DNA from: Cirrosporium novae-zelandiae
Lineage: Eukaryota
DNA: 64,000 nucleotides
Assembly (NCBI GenBank): GCA_026023565.1
Contig: JAPETS010000021.1
Coordinates: 496,001 to 560,000, forward strand
Direction: 5' to 3'
A program made the translations under genes and the position numbers. Below the pieces are notes generated by a model that was not told where the DNA came from, ran no database searches, and saw only the letters and a list, made by a program, of their open reading frames with translations. Of this stretch, positions 35,982 to 49,262 are shown piece after piece (positions within the stretch are counted from its first letter, which is position 1; each line of letters opens with the position of its first letter).

Positions 35982-38589
35982 ATGAACTTAGGATCTGATC
36001 TTGGGAGGATTAAAACCGTCAATTGTATGCCATAAGAGTCAAGGTGCTTCTACTTATGAAGGATTATAGACACTAATTCTTTTTATAGCCAGTCGCCCAG
36101 AACTCCTTCATACAGAATCCAAGCAATCCATAACTGCCTCAGAAGACTACTACTCAGCTCCCGATAATGCGTCTCACTCCTCGAGCAATAACGACAACAA
36201 TAACGACAACGAGAACAACGACTCTAGGACTACCATTATCCGCTATGCTACGCCACAATCACAATATCATACTCCTTACCAAAGTACAGACCATCTCCAG
36301 TCTTCGACATCGGTAGCAAGTCCTCCCTGGCCGCTGCCTGACCATCAGATGACTGAGCAGTCGGAGGCTACTGCGGTGCCTCGTTCATTTCCCCTAACCG
36401 TGCGGTTCGTCGATATGGGTTTTCGTCAAGCCCAGCGTCCCACAAGCATTGTACGTTCTCGGGCAATGAGCGGGAGTGAGGGGAGCGCGCCAACTCCCGG
36501 CGTGGACGACACACCGTATATTCGCTTTGCCATCGACCAATTAACCCGGGATGAGGAATTGATGGGTCGTGGCAGAAATGGATCAGTCAGCACTACAGCA
36601 GACTTTCCAGTAAATCGAATAAGGGATGATCAGAGTCCTGAAAATCCAACATCCACAGAGCCCATTCCCGCCAACCAGCGAGATGAACCTGAACCACCAC
36701 TACCACCACTCCCTCAACCGGAGAGTGAACTTACGCTAAGTCCCCAGCCCCCTACACCAAAGCCGGAGATACTTGTGGCGATTGAGGATCCCGAGTCTGA
36801 CTACCGCCATCTTCCGCTGACGTTTGTTCCTGGCGCATTGCAGCCAGTCGCATTGCTGATCTTAACAACGCTATGCCTACTTATGATTGCCGCACTTATT
36901 TTCTGCAATCTATGGTCCGTGCGACATGCTGGCCTCTGGAAATATCATGGTGTCAGTGATGGGCATTATTTTGTTTTTGAGTTCTTACCACAAATTTTAG
37001 GCATGATAATTGTTCTATGGGTCCAGGTCGTGCAGAATGCATTATATCGGATTACACCCTTCCTCACAGTTTCCCGTTATGACACTCCAGCCTCGCGATC
37101 CCTCCCATGTTTATCTTTATTCCCGACTAGATTTCTAGTCCCCGACCTTTCTGGATTCGCGAACGGCCAATTTTTGCTCGGAACTTCTTCAATAGTGTTC
37201 TGGTTGTCCTATTTTACAATCCCCCTGCAGAGTGCTGTGTTTCAAACAAAACTCTACAATATAAACGGCCAGGGTTTCTGGTACTGGACGACTGTACGGC
37301 CCGTCGCCTGGACTTTGGTCGCACTGTACATATTACTTGTTGCTAATCTGTTGTGCATACTTTTTGCGTTTTGGAGACGACGAACAGGATTAAAATGGGA
37401 TCCAACGTCGCTTGCCGATATTATTGTTATTATGCGGTCCTCAAATATTTTGCATGACTATGACCAGACGGAGACGGCACAAGATTTACGAGGCTTGCTT
37501 CCCGAGCGCCACCAAAGGCTCGGTTATTGGGCTACGAGTGACCGAGGAGATGTCGTGTCGTACTCACTGTCTGAGGAGAACGCCCCCTTGAGGCGTCGCT
37601 CCTTGCTCCTTGGCAAACTCAGGGACAAACTTCCGTTGAGGGGTTATTATCGCAACGCGGGAAATTTCGATGTCGAGCAGCAACGGCCACTCAAATCAGC
37701 GACAGCGGGATCATTCCAAGCCGATATCCACTCCTCCTCAGTGCGGTATCGGTTTATCCCCTGGTACCTACGAGAAACGTTTGTTGTTGCGTGGATGGTG
37801 ATGGCAGCTGTCTTGGTCATTGCCTTTGTTGTTGTCAGTTTCGTAAAGCAAGCTGTTGAACAAGGCTTCCTACCTCGTCTCCCGTCAGCAACAGACTCCC
37901 AAGGGGTCTCCCCTTCAAACCTCCTCTTCAGCTTTCTGCCATCTCTACTCGGCATGATCCTTTTCCTAGCCTGGCAATCCTTCGATATGGCATTCCGCTC
38001 CCTCCAACCCTTCGCTCGCCTCGCCTCCCCTGATGGGGCCGAAGCCGAAAAAACTGTTCTCTTAGGCTACACCCACTGCCTCCCTATCGAAGTCACAATC
38101 CGCGCCGCGCTAGCCGGCGACTTCCGCGTCGCCTTAATCTCTCTAAACAGTCTCCTCTCGTCCGCCATCCCTATCCTCGCGGGCGGTGTTTTCACGGCCC
38201 AATTCCACATCTCCTCCCAAACCGTCCTCATGACAGCGCAAATGCCTTCCTTCTACGTCCTAGTTGTTTTCACAATCATCTACGCCCTCTCTACCTCCCT
38301 CCTCTGGCCAACTCGGAAACGCTATCTCCCCCATAGCATCCGCACAATCCCAGATCTCATCAGCTTTCTCTACCAAAGCCCGCTGTTAAATGACACGGCG
38401 TTTAGGGATCCGATAAGTAAAACGGATTTAGTTACCAGGTTGTTGGCTGTGCCGAGAGGGGAGACAGCGCCGCCGAAATACGCATTCGGTGTTTATAGAG
38501 GCAGAGACGGAAAGGAGCATTTGGGAGTTGACCGGTTAGAGAGACCAGGGAGCCCTGAGATGCTTGTTGTTACGGGAACAATGAAATAG
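35982..38589 (+). CDS. DUF3433-type multi-pass membrane protein; short first exon 35982-36024
   Basis: MNLGSDLGRIKTVN|SSRPELLHTESKQSITASEDYYS is in frame with the 746-aa ORF. TPGVDDTPYIRFAIDQLTRDEE, RRRTGLKWDPTSLAD and RSLQPF motifs; two repeated TM blocks. Confidence 0.8.
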
Positions 38590-39896
38590 GTTTTTAATTA
38601 TTTAATAATTCTTTTGTTTTAATATTTCTTTTCGCTTGGTGTTTATGGAAAGAGAGGGAAAGAGAGGTTTGCTTTGTTTTACATTGTCAACTTATGAATG
38701 AACTGGATATGGACTGGATAATATGGACATGCATTGGGCCCGGATATGGATATGGATTTGGATACGGACGGATTCCTCCAAACAGGTACCGGCGTTTTAC
38801 GGCTTTACCGTTCACAAATGAACTTTTATGGATTTATGGATTTACGACACATGGGGTATGGGATATGCGTTATATGAGCATTATATGATTTGACCTGACT
38901 TTGAGTTGGAAAGAGGGAAAAGTGTTTAGACAAGATGAGTTAAGATGAGAACCAGAAGTCAAAGACTGGGCTGGATGTATGAAGGTTGATCATCATATGG
39001 ATGGACGATTGTTAGATAAGATAAGATCATGATATTATTATAATATACAAGAGAAGGGATAAGTGAAAGAGAAAAAAGAAGAGAAGTACTTAATCTAATA
39101 CACAACCTATACCACACTATATACTTGCCGGTGTTATGCTATAACCAAGTTATTTAACACGAGGCGTTCGCTACAAGTTACTAGATACCTATCTACTTAG
39201 TATCTCTTTATGACTTCGGTAGGCACATAATCATAACAAATCTGCAGCGATCTCACCTAATCAGTTAAATGAGAATTGCCTTTGCAAAGGGTAGCTTTCG
39301 TCGTGCACGTAACGACTTGCGTAAAACTCCTTTTCTTATTATTCTTCGTACTTTTACCACGTATCGCCCTCATATATTGGAGAGAATTGGTACAAGACCT
39401 AATCACCTCAGACTGAGCCCAAGTCAATCAATCTACGAACGAGCGGTGAATAAATATATAAGGAGCGCGGGCACGGTCTAGACGCGAGGTCATATGATGT
39501 TATTGTGCCTGAGGCATTACAACAGCAACTGATGGTTCTATATACCTAGGTAATTACCTATAAGTCCCAAAAACTAGAGCACCGTTCTATTCCTCCCACA
39601 AGACCGGTTACGTGAAGTGTCGTGTCGTTTCATCAATTCTGCCTTTAAAAAAATGAACTCCTTTTTACAGTGCCGTTGAATAATATATTTAGGTCATTCA
39701 ACCTGAACTCCAAGTGAACTCCAAGTCATACACTCTTGTGTTTCCTGCACGAATGGCTGGAAAATCCTACTGTTAGAATTCTTTCATGACAGACTCATGA
39801 GAATGCTACGAGATTTTTGATTGTTACCAATAATGACATGGGGTTCCGACGAATCCGAGGATAGAATTCAGCATGGAATAAGTATCAGGCTATTAT

Positions 39897-40767
39897 CTAC
39901 CAACCAAGTTGCTCGCCATCCCAGGTTACAAATGTTCCTGATGTCTTCTCCCTAGTCGCATTGTCAATTTTATCGATGACTCCGTTAACGCCATCTTGTA
40001 CAGTCACGGGGGCTTCAGACATTCCCACACCGGTAGCTGCATGATTACCCAACTAGAGAAAAGGTCAGATTCATCATCAAAAATTGGTAATTGGAGTTAC
40101 TAGCGTCTGTCTGCAGCCATCCAGGTTGAACAGGAAAGGCAATCAGATTTGAATTCTCAAAGTGAATCTTCCTCGTGATAAAATTGGCAGCTGCCTTGGA
40201 TGCTCCATAGGCAGTGTTCTCTACCGGGAGGTTCCCCATATTGCTGATGCTCCCAGCACCGGAGGTTATAGCGACAAACTTTGGGTTTATTGCGGTATTA
40301 AGTAAAGGTGCTGTCGCTTGAAAAAGAAGCAGAGGAGCTACCGAATTTATCTTGAAGTGCTCAAACATTTGCTCAGCAGGCGTCACTGCTGCTTTTCCGA
40401 AATAATTTGAAATCCCAGCATTGGCGATGACAACATGGAGCTTAGTGATCTTGTAATCGGATCTTAGAGTGTCGACTGCGACGAGTGCGTCCGTCTCAGA
40501 AGAACTGTTAATCTTGACCACAATAACTTTGCTGTTTTTGCCATGCGGGAGATCTTGCAATGCTTTGGAAGACACAGTGCTTGAGTTACGGACGCCGGCA
40601 ATGACAATGTGATTTGGCCTTGAGAGGTAGGCCGATAGGAGGCCCTTTCCGAGTCCTGGCATAATGATTGAAGTCAGCAACGTCCCAGATAAGGAAAATG
40701 CCCAACAGCGATGGGGTTACTTACCTCTGTTGGAGCCGGTGATAAGCACGTTAATTGTGTCAGCCAT
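39897..40767 (-). CDS. Short-chain dehydrogenase/reductase (Nor-1/AflD-like); 3 exons, one GC-AG intron
   Basis: VLITGSNR|GLGKG (TGxxxGxG), VIANAGI, YGASK (YxxxK), PGWLQTD|LGNHAA and C-terminal ATREKTSGTF..WDG..LGW*. Confidence 0.88.
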
Positions 40768-41424
40768 TGCAATTAGGGGTCTTTATTGCGAAGAGACGGT
40801 CGTTGTTATTTCTGATATTGACGAGGTAGTCCAAGATAAGAGGCTTTCGACCACTTCACACCTGATATCGAGAAGAGAATAAGGCGATATTTGCAACGAT
40901 TAACGCAGAGCATGGCCATATTAGACCCTAGTTGATGATGTGTGCAAGAATGCGGGACCAAACACCTCAAGAGGGAAATATAGTCTACAACATCCATTTA
41001 ACTTTGGGAGTAGCTATGCCTTGAGATTGAGCGATGCGGATCCAGTTGGAGATACCATATCAACGAATGAGGAATAAGGGATTTAAAAAAACGATATTGT
41101 ATTGGCGAATGGGTCAATCGCCGAAGGAATTCCCTGCTCTCTTATGTCCACCACCCCCACAGCAATGGTCTCGCGAGGCGGACACAAATGGACGTCAGGC
41201 AATGGTCAATTCAAACATGCTCACTGCTTAGCATCGGCCAAGGATAAAATTCGGCTCTTCACCTGCTACCTACTTGGTTATTAGTTGAAGCTTTATCTCC
41301 GATGCCGTAGAACAGGGGAATGTTATAAATACTCTGCTCCGTGATCCACAGAGTTCTCGTCTTGGAACATACTCACATTATTCTTCCTTGCTACTTCCAC
41401 GACGCAAACAATCAGAATATCAAA

Positions 41425-41834
41425 ATGACTGTCAAATACACGGTTCGTCCAACTCTATTTTACACTTTAAACTACTCCCTTTTTAGTTCTCTTCCTATTA
41501 TGATATCCACTCTATCCTGGAAAACGTATCACTAATGAATTAAATGTAGATCCTCTTTCCGCAGGGCGCCATTTTTGACCTTGACCACTACGTCAAAGTA
41601 CATATGCCCATGTTGGCGAAGTTTTTCCCTTCAACCTTTTTGTCGTGGGAGGTATTCAGCCTCCCCGAGGATGCGCCGTATGCTATAGAGACGCACGTTG
41701 AATGGACTAGCCAGGAGGCGTTCGAAGCCATCAACCAGACCGAGGAAGGCAAAAAAGTGTTTGCGGATGTCCCAAACTTCAGCAAGAAACCGCCTATTTT
41801 TATGAAGTGTCAACCTGTTGCAAGTGGCCCTTGA
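41425..41834 (+). CDS. EthD-family (dimeric alpha-beta barrel) protein; 2 exons
   Basis: MTVKYT|ILFPQGAIFDLDHYVKVHMPM...VFADVPNFSKKPP matches the fungal EthD pattern FDxDYYxxxHMP...DVPNF. Confidence 0.8.
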
Positions 41835-42573
41835 ACAGTGTGCGAAAGGCTAGTAATGGGAATGGAGGTATGTCTCATTCTTACGTCGACTGAGTATTAG
41901 ATATATAGCCTTGGCAAATTCACTAATAGATGTCAGCTCATCTTGCGTTGCGTCTATCTTAACCGGTGTATATCCGAAATGAAATAAGGATTGTTAATCA
42001 AGGATTTACGTTGGATGGTTTATAGGCGAGATAATAGATACCGAACTAGTCAAGACAAGACATTACTATACAAGGGAATACCTATTTCCCTTTATATATC
42101 TGTAAATACTTTTATGTCAAATTTTCTCCGAAGGCGATAGAATCCGAACACGAGGTCTCCCGGAATTAGGCCTTATCACCGCTGGCTTACAAAGAATCTC
42201 TCAGATTTAAGGATTGTACAGTATTAGCCTCGGAATAATCCACCAAAAATGATTTAAATTTGAATATTGATAGCCACCACTGCCCATCAATCGACTGAAA
42301 AGTACATTGGTCTCTGAATTTCAATTTTGATGGATGGTGTTTGGCAACTTTTGGCCCGTTGACATGTGCATACTCCTGGATCATGACAAACACTTAGGGT
42401 TGATTACTGATTATTTAAACCCCGCTGGACTATATGTTGTAAAGCGCTGTTCTTTGCATCACTCACATTCAGCTTTCCTAGCAATTTGATATCTTTCAAC
42501 ATCATTTAGTACTTACAAGTGAACAGAATTCGCACGATCCTCCTCAATTGATCTAGAATCCAACCCCAATACC

Positions 42574-43423
42574 ATGGCCCCTAAAGTTCTCGTTGTTCTT
42601 ACATCGGCCGACAAATACCCCAATGGCAAACCTACCGGCTGGTATCTGGTACGCACTTCTCATGGCTTGAGTCTCTGTGATATTAACTAGGATCTTTTCC
42701 CCTCAACAGCCTGAATTCGCGCATCCGTATCATGTCCTAGCCCCCCATGCTGAACTCACCATCGCATCTCCGGCGGGGGGTGTCGCGCCCAAGGACCCCA
42801 TGTCCGTCGAAGCATTCAAAGACGACGAAATTAGTGTCAATTTCCTAAACACCAAGCAATCACTTTGGGAGAAAACCGAAAAACTGGAGAAGCTTTTGGG
42901 CAAGGCTGGAGAATTTGATGCTCTGTTCTACGTTGGCGGTCATGGCCGTATGTTACCTCAATCCCCCTGGGATAACAATTCCAAGTTTTCCACAATTGAG
43001 AATCGAGAATGTTTACCAACGCCTCAATGAATAGCCATGTTCGATCTAGCTAAAGACCCTGTCTCCCAACAAATCATCAACGAATTCCATGCAGCGAATA
43101 AAGTCGTGTCTGCCGTCTGCCATGGCCCTGCCGCACTTGCCTTCGTGAAGCTTCCTGATGGCACGCCATTCCTTGCCGGTGCCAAAGTGACGGGCTTCTC
43201 AAACAGTGAGGAGGATGCTGCGCAAAGTACTGCCGAGATGCCATTCGCGCTGGAGACTGAGCTTAACAAGGCGAGCAACGGAGGATACCAGAAAGCAGCA
43301 GGGAACTGGCAGAAGTGTGTCGTGGTGGACCGCAATGGCAAGCTGATTACGGGACAGAATCCCGCGAGTGCGATGGGTGTTGGGGAGGCGATTTTGAAGG
43401 CTATCCTTCCTACCAGCAGCTAG
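42574..43423 (+). CDS. DJ-1/PfpI family, Hsp31/glyoxalase III-like; 3 exons
   Basis: KVLVVLTS, TGWYL|PEFAHPY, ALFYVGGHG|PMFDLA, AVCHGP (catalytic Cys-His) and LITGQNPAS. Confidence 0.92.
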
Positions 43424-43819
43424 AAGTTGAACTTCTAATGCATTTGTGGGCAGGGGGCAAAGAATTGTGATATCTGTTCCAATCGGCCCACGAATTGATT
43501 TCATTCATTAATCAAAATAATCATCATCAGTAAACTGTTCCTTATATTAAAGGTCCAAGGCTAAAAAAGAAAGAACCGATGCCAAGTCGCACCAACACGA
43601 CGTCATACGACCCACTTATTTATTGATAGCTGATCTTGCACCTTACCAATGAATTATCCCTAGATTTATGCCTATTTAGAACTCCATCTTAGGCATCCTA
43701 ACAACTGCCTTACTTCGGGTCAATCCTGGTTACAACACAACTGACTTCACGGTAGGTTTGAATATTAGGTTCACAATGCTCCGTCAACCATTGATCCCTC
43801 CGTCCCCCAAGACCTGTTC

Positions 43820-44950
43820 AGTCTGCAAAAATGTGTGATATATACGAGAACGCTCATCTCACAATTGCGGCTTCCTCAGCGCCCAATTGCGAAGCAGGTT
43901 GTTTGAGTCCAAGATCCAGATTTCTCTCCAAAGAAGTTCAGTTTGAGTTTGAAGGGAAAATGTATATGATCAAATGTCGAGAAAATGCGTTCAAACATGG
44001 TCAGATCCCAGAGTTTAGCACCCCCAGAGAGGAGAGACAACCACTGTCCAATCGCGCCTGGGCTTATTAGGAACGTATTCTGTCTCCCCGGATCTTGTCT
44101 ACTCACTCAGACCAACTGCAATGGATATGCAAGAGCGTTGCCCATCGTGAAAGCAGCCCAGCGGAATACAGAAGCTATTCTGATTACGTGACTTTTGAGA
44201 AGTATAAGACGATAAACTTAAAGGGGAAAGAAGATTATTATGAGTGGTGGCGCCAGATTGTTGTGCAAGATTTTAACCGCAGAGATCTCAGTTTTGAGAC
44301 TGACTCCCTGCCTGCCTTGTCGGGTATCGCAATGCAGATAATAGCAAAAACGCAGGACGATTACTTGGCAGGTTTGTGGAGACATGATCTTTCGCTCGGC
44401 CTTGTATGGGTTCGTTTTAGAATGAGCTACCTTCCATCTACCTATCTCGCTCCCTCGTGGTCCTGGCCCTCGGTGAAGGGTAGGGGGACCGTTCTGGAAA
44501 CCAAAAGAGCTGGAGTGCGTTTTCATGTAATTGAAGCCCACTGTACACCCAGCGGGAAGAATCCCGCCGGGGAAGTTTCTAATGGCACCATTACTCTATC
44601 CGGCTTAGTGACCTGTCGAGCATTGAATATTTCTGCGTTGGCAGATGGTGAGGATGAGAAGAAGATGGGTTACTCCCTTGACCTAAATGACAACCTGGCT
44701 CGAGCAAAGCGTGAATACTTTCTTAAACCTAAAGAGCAAAGAGCGGGGTGGCCTTTCGAGCTAGATGGCTTTATAGAGACGGAGTACCTTCCTGATGTTC
44801 CTTTAACTGGAACGTTGGGAATATCCAACCTCGAGAATTGAGAACCCACAGTCCAGCGGTCGGGATTACGACCTGGTCAAGCACGTGCAGCTGTTCATGC
44901 TCCAGTCAAATGTTTATTCCTGCTACGGAGGGAACACCCAAACGGTAGCG
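43820..44950 (+). pseudogene. 5'-truncated HET (heterokaryon incompatibility) domain gene with in-frame stops
   Basis: MCDIYENAHLTIAASSA, PLSNRAWAY*ERILSPRIL, D.LPALSGIA, YLAGLW and APSWSWPS. TAG at 44068-44070 sits where Gln is expected; TGA at 44839-44841. The N-terminal HET core is absent. Confidence 0.85.
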
Positions 44951-46098
44951 GGGAACTTCCCGGAGTACGATGGGCTGTGATGCTACTCGGAAGGTCGAAT
45001 TCAACCCCAGGAGCATATGAACGACTAGGGATGTTAGCAACCTATCAACATGATGGGAAGGACTGGTCCCAGGAGGGGCAAGTTGAAACCATTTCAATTG
45101 TTTCAAATCACAATTATACCGTAGCCCGGCAACGAAGACTTTTTTATGGAGTGTAAATGAGGAGAAGATGAGAAGATAGGAAGGTCGGATAGTCGGTAGA
45201 TGGGGAAATCGGTAAATCGGTAAATCGGTAAATCGGAATACTGGAAGAATAGTTCTTCCCTCCACATGAATCAACTAGTCCAAATTCAGATAGTCCACAC
45301 TTCAATCCTCACGTCAATAGTAAAATGATTCCTTGCAATGCTCATACTTTGAATTCTGCACCTCCACTAATCAGCCTCTATCCTACCTGTTTAACCTTAT
45401 AAATAATGTCCCAAGATCCGATTCAGAACTAATCGGGGAATAAAAAAAAGTGCCCTAGGGGAGTTTACGGGAAAATGATTGGTAGAATGAGGACGTCGGT
45501 TAAAACGAAGCCCGAGGCGCCTTGACTATATGAACTGGCCTGTTTATGAACACCGAGCATGGCCTTCACGAGGTTCATGATGCTTACCTGTACCTAAATA
45601 TGCCTTGGATTTTTCCACAATGGGAAATTTGGGTTATATGGAACCTTGTACGGGACATTTATTTGCAAGTAATAGTGCAACCATCGATAAGCGCTAAATC
45701 CTTCAGCTGGCAATAGTCAGGGCAAATGTCAAGACTCCGGACAAAAAAGGCTTTTGCTGTTTGCAAGGCTATCTGCTATTTGCTCAGTCCTCCTGTCGAT
45801 CGCAGCCACTCGAGTGTTTAAACCCAGATATCTTATGTTGCCCTACACCCATATGCTCCTCCCTTGAGCATCATCCATGACATGCTTATTTGTGACCAAC
45901 GCCTCGTGGCCAGCCGCATTTATTGTTGCCATGAATTTGCAGGTTATTTCACCTAAAACGTATATGGGACTCCCAGCCATTCCTGGCTGCATTGTTCGCC
46001 GAATATAAAAGATGCGAAGGAACCTTTGCAGAGAATTTAGAGCTGGAGTCATCAATTGATTATTATTGATTTTTTTGAACATCCCAAAGCCCATCAAC

Positions 46099-46707
46099 AT
46101 GAAATACTCCATCTTCACCGTCCTCTTAGGCTTGATAGCTTTTGCGTCCTGCGTATCATCACTTGCGGCGCCACAATTAACTCCTCTTTTCACTGCTCTG
46201 CTGAGTGTGAAACCTGCAGCTATAGGTATTACAGTACAAGGAGGAGAGGCAAGCAGTAAGTTCATAGAAAGTCCTTAGACTCATTTTATCATAGTACTTA
46301 CTAACGTTATGTCTTCAAGTTATAAGCATTACCGGTGGATCCATATCCGGACCAGCCCTCAACGCAACTGTCTCTGGAGGACTTGCTTCAGCCTCGATGC
46401 TCAACAATGGCACATACCAGATGGAGCAGATTGATTTCTATGGCTCAACCACCGATGAAACCCCATTTTTCGCTGCAATGACGGGCACAGGGGACCTCAC
46501 TCCCTTAACCAGCCGCATGGTACGTGACAAGCCTCTATGAACCACTTTTGCCCCAAGAAAGAATGCTGACGGATATTGTGCTCCTCCTTCTAGCAACTCG
46601 ATATTGGTGGCAGCTACGCATATCTGGCGACAGGCTACATCCTTGTCGTGTCTGGGCCAACCCCAAACAAAACCAGTGTGATTGCCGATGCATATCTAGT
46701 CACCTAA
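46099..46707 (+). CDS. Small secreted protein, DUF3237-like; 3 exons
   Basis: Signal peptide MKYSIFTVLLGLIAFASCVSS, then ISITGGSISGPALNATVSGG...YGSTTDETPFF...M|QLDIGGSYAYL...DAYLVT*. Introns are canonical. Confidence 0.72.
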
Positions 46708-47169
46708 TGGCCACTCCATCAGAAGGATGCCATCATGAAGACGGCCACAGCATTTTTTCAGCGAGGCGCAGAACCATTTCTAAGCCGCGGAGATAATGAT
46801 CGCGTAGGATATCCAGTGCAACCAGCCACATCAAAAAAGCGTTTTTGTCTTTCGAGGGGGATGATGATGCATGTGTCTATAGGCATGTAATGATTTAAAT
46901 GCATGAACGAACGCTCAGGTTGGATATACATTCATTTACTATAATCAAAGCCCACCGAAGCAGTCGTATAATTAATTGTCTTAATATCTCCTCCTCCTGA
47001 AAATAGTGAGACAAAACTGTTTCAAAACAAATGCATGAACGATAATTAATTTCCCCCATTACTGGTAGACGTCGGGCCGAATAACCCTGGATGCAGACTG
47101 AGTGCCTGTCCGATCAGGATAGCAAAATAACGTCATTTCGCTAGTGTACATGTACAGTAGGGTTGTCTT

Positions 47170-48530
47170 GGAGGGTGAACAACCTGCCAGCCAACCTGCC
47201 AGCCAACCAATCAACCAACCAATCAACCAACCAATCTCACAGAGGTTTAAATCTCCCCGCATGATTAACTAGGGCGCAGGCATTGCATTGTGTGAGGTGT
47301 GGGTTGGTGGTTGGTGGTTGGTGATTGGTGGGGTTGGAGGTTATAATTAGCGATTCCGATGCTAGCCACTGAGTGCTAAGTACTGTACATGTACGAGTAA
47401 TTATTGCTATCCAAGCCACACACACACACGCAATGATTTGTCCATAATTATAATTTATCAAAGCGATAGGAAAGACTGGGAAAGAGGAAGAAGAGGAAAA
47501 ATAAAAAAATATCTCGTCTAAGGATTTTTTGTGTTTATTTATTTATTTGGTTAATTCATAAGCGAAACGAATTTAAGTAAATAGGTGCACTTTCTGGGAA
47601 TGATAAGATAATATAAGATATAGTCTACTTAGTAAGATAATAATTCCCATGGAGAGGGACCGGAGGGGGGGGGGGATTTTTAGGTTTTAAGTTTATATTT
47701 ATGTTTATGATTTTTTTGTGTGTGCTTATCCTTCCTTGTGCTTATCTTGGAAATATGCCCTTTGCAACCTACCCCCCCCACCTTCTGCTTAAATTTAATT
47801 TCTTTTTATAAAGTACAGTAGGAGCCTTAGCCCCAGGAACCGAGGTTAAGTCGAAATTGAATTGGGGTACCTCTGTACTGAAATATACTTATGGATATGT
47901 ATGCAACAACACATCACGGAAGTCCCCCGTCATTACTATCCTTTTTGATATTACTAACAATAGTGAGGTGGGGGGGGGGGTTATTTAATTTATACTGATA
48001 GGAGAGATATTATGGAGAAGGTCGATATTAAATATTTAATCTCGTGAGGAGATCTGGCGGAATAATAATTACCGCGGAAGAGGCCGTGGTGGTGGTCATT
48101 CTTAGAATGCCACGCTTTTTAACTAATGCTTTATCAACTTTTTGTTTTTCAATTCGCTTGAGTTTTTCCAATACTTGAATCCCTTTTTTCTTTGTATAGC
48201 TTTTCGTTTTCAATATACTCTCTCTCTCTCTCTCTAGTCTTTAGGCAATTGTCACGGTTGAATTTACCCTCCCTCACCTGGAACAAAATTATAGACGTTC
48301 ATACACTTCATATCAACAGACTAGCAGCTTATGCCCTTTATTATTATTGGTATTGTAGGACATCTTTAGATTTTGCACCAGCCTTTGATTTCCCAAAGTT
48401 ACGTCACCTCTCTATTAATATTATTATGCTTCATTTACTCAACATCTCTTCTTGCTACAGTACCTGCGTTCACTAATCTACATCCTATGTAGGAACCTTC
48501 TTCTTCTTCTTCTTCTTCTTCTTCTTGACC
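47170..48530. repeat. AT-rich microsatellite island
   Basis: (CCAA)n, (GGTT)n, (CA)n, poly-G, (CT)n and (CTT)~10 at about 48497-48526. Confidence 0.75.
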
Positions 48531-49071
48531 TCAAATCTTGAGCATGCATCAAGAATCGGAGTCGGAGAAGTCAAGCGAATAATAATAAAAAATGCGAGAC
48601 TTTTGTCGCTTCATGATTGGACGAAGATCCAAACACCCTCTTGCTGCCATACTCTCGATAACGCTCAGCTAACTAACCAGAACACACCTTGACGATGATC
48701 ATTTTTGGACCTTCTCACGTTAAATCCTGAACAATACCTCTCTAGTTGTCAAAAAGATGAGAATCTTCTGACCTAGAATCGGCTGGCAGTATTTGTCCAG
48801 AATATAAACAGCCAGTTTGATGACTCCAGCATGTCAAATGTTTCGGTATGCAGGTTAGTAGATGATGGAAGGATAGTATCCCTTGTCAGGGACCCCCAAA
48901 GAGCGCCATTGTCGTTTGTCTAATGTAGGCCTCATTTGTAATTTTCTAGTTAACCACCTAGCTGATATTATGATCACAGAGGCCTTTCGGAATTCTGCCT
49001 TGATAACGATAGCTAAGGCTAGCCATTGAGTCCCAAGGGATGGTTTGCATGTTTAAAGGTGCAGTCGCTCG

Positions 49072-49262
49072 AAAACGAAAGCGACTACTGTAAATCTAGA
49101 AAAGTGACCTTGGGAAGGCCTTCAAACAAAATCAAATTTTAACTTTCGATTTGAAAGGCCTCCCCAAAAGCTCAAAGGAGCAAAAATCAGTTGCGGATAT
49201 GTGAAAACTGACTTTGAAGGTTTCTCCAAGGTCACTTTTCTGGATTTAGTCGCTTTCATTTT
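49072..49262. repeat. ~190-bp fold-back element with ~50-bp imperfect inverted repeats (MITE-like)
   Basis: Left arm gaaagcgactactgtaaatctagaaaagtgaccttgggaaggccttcaaa; reverse complement of right arm gaaagcgactaaatccagaaaagtgaccttggagaaaccttcaaa. Confidence 0.75.

Noticed and set aside
44068..44070. HET TAG as an A-to-I-editable premature stop (TAG to TGG)
   Set aside because: The conserved residue here is Gln, not Trp. The gene is also 5'-truncated and has a second stop, so pseudogenisation is simpler.
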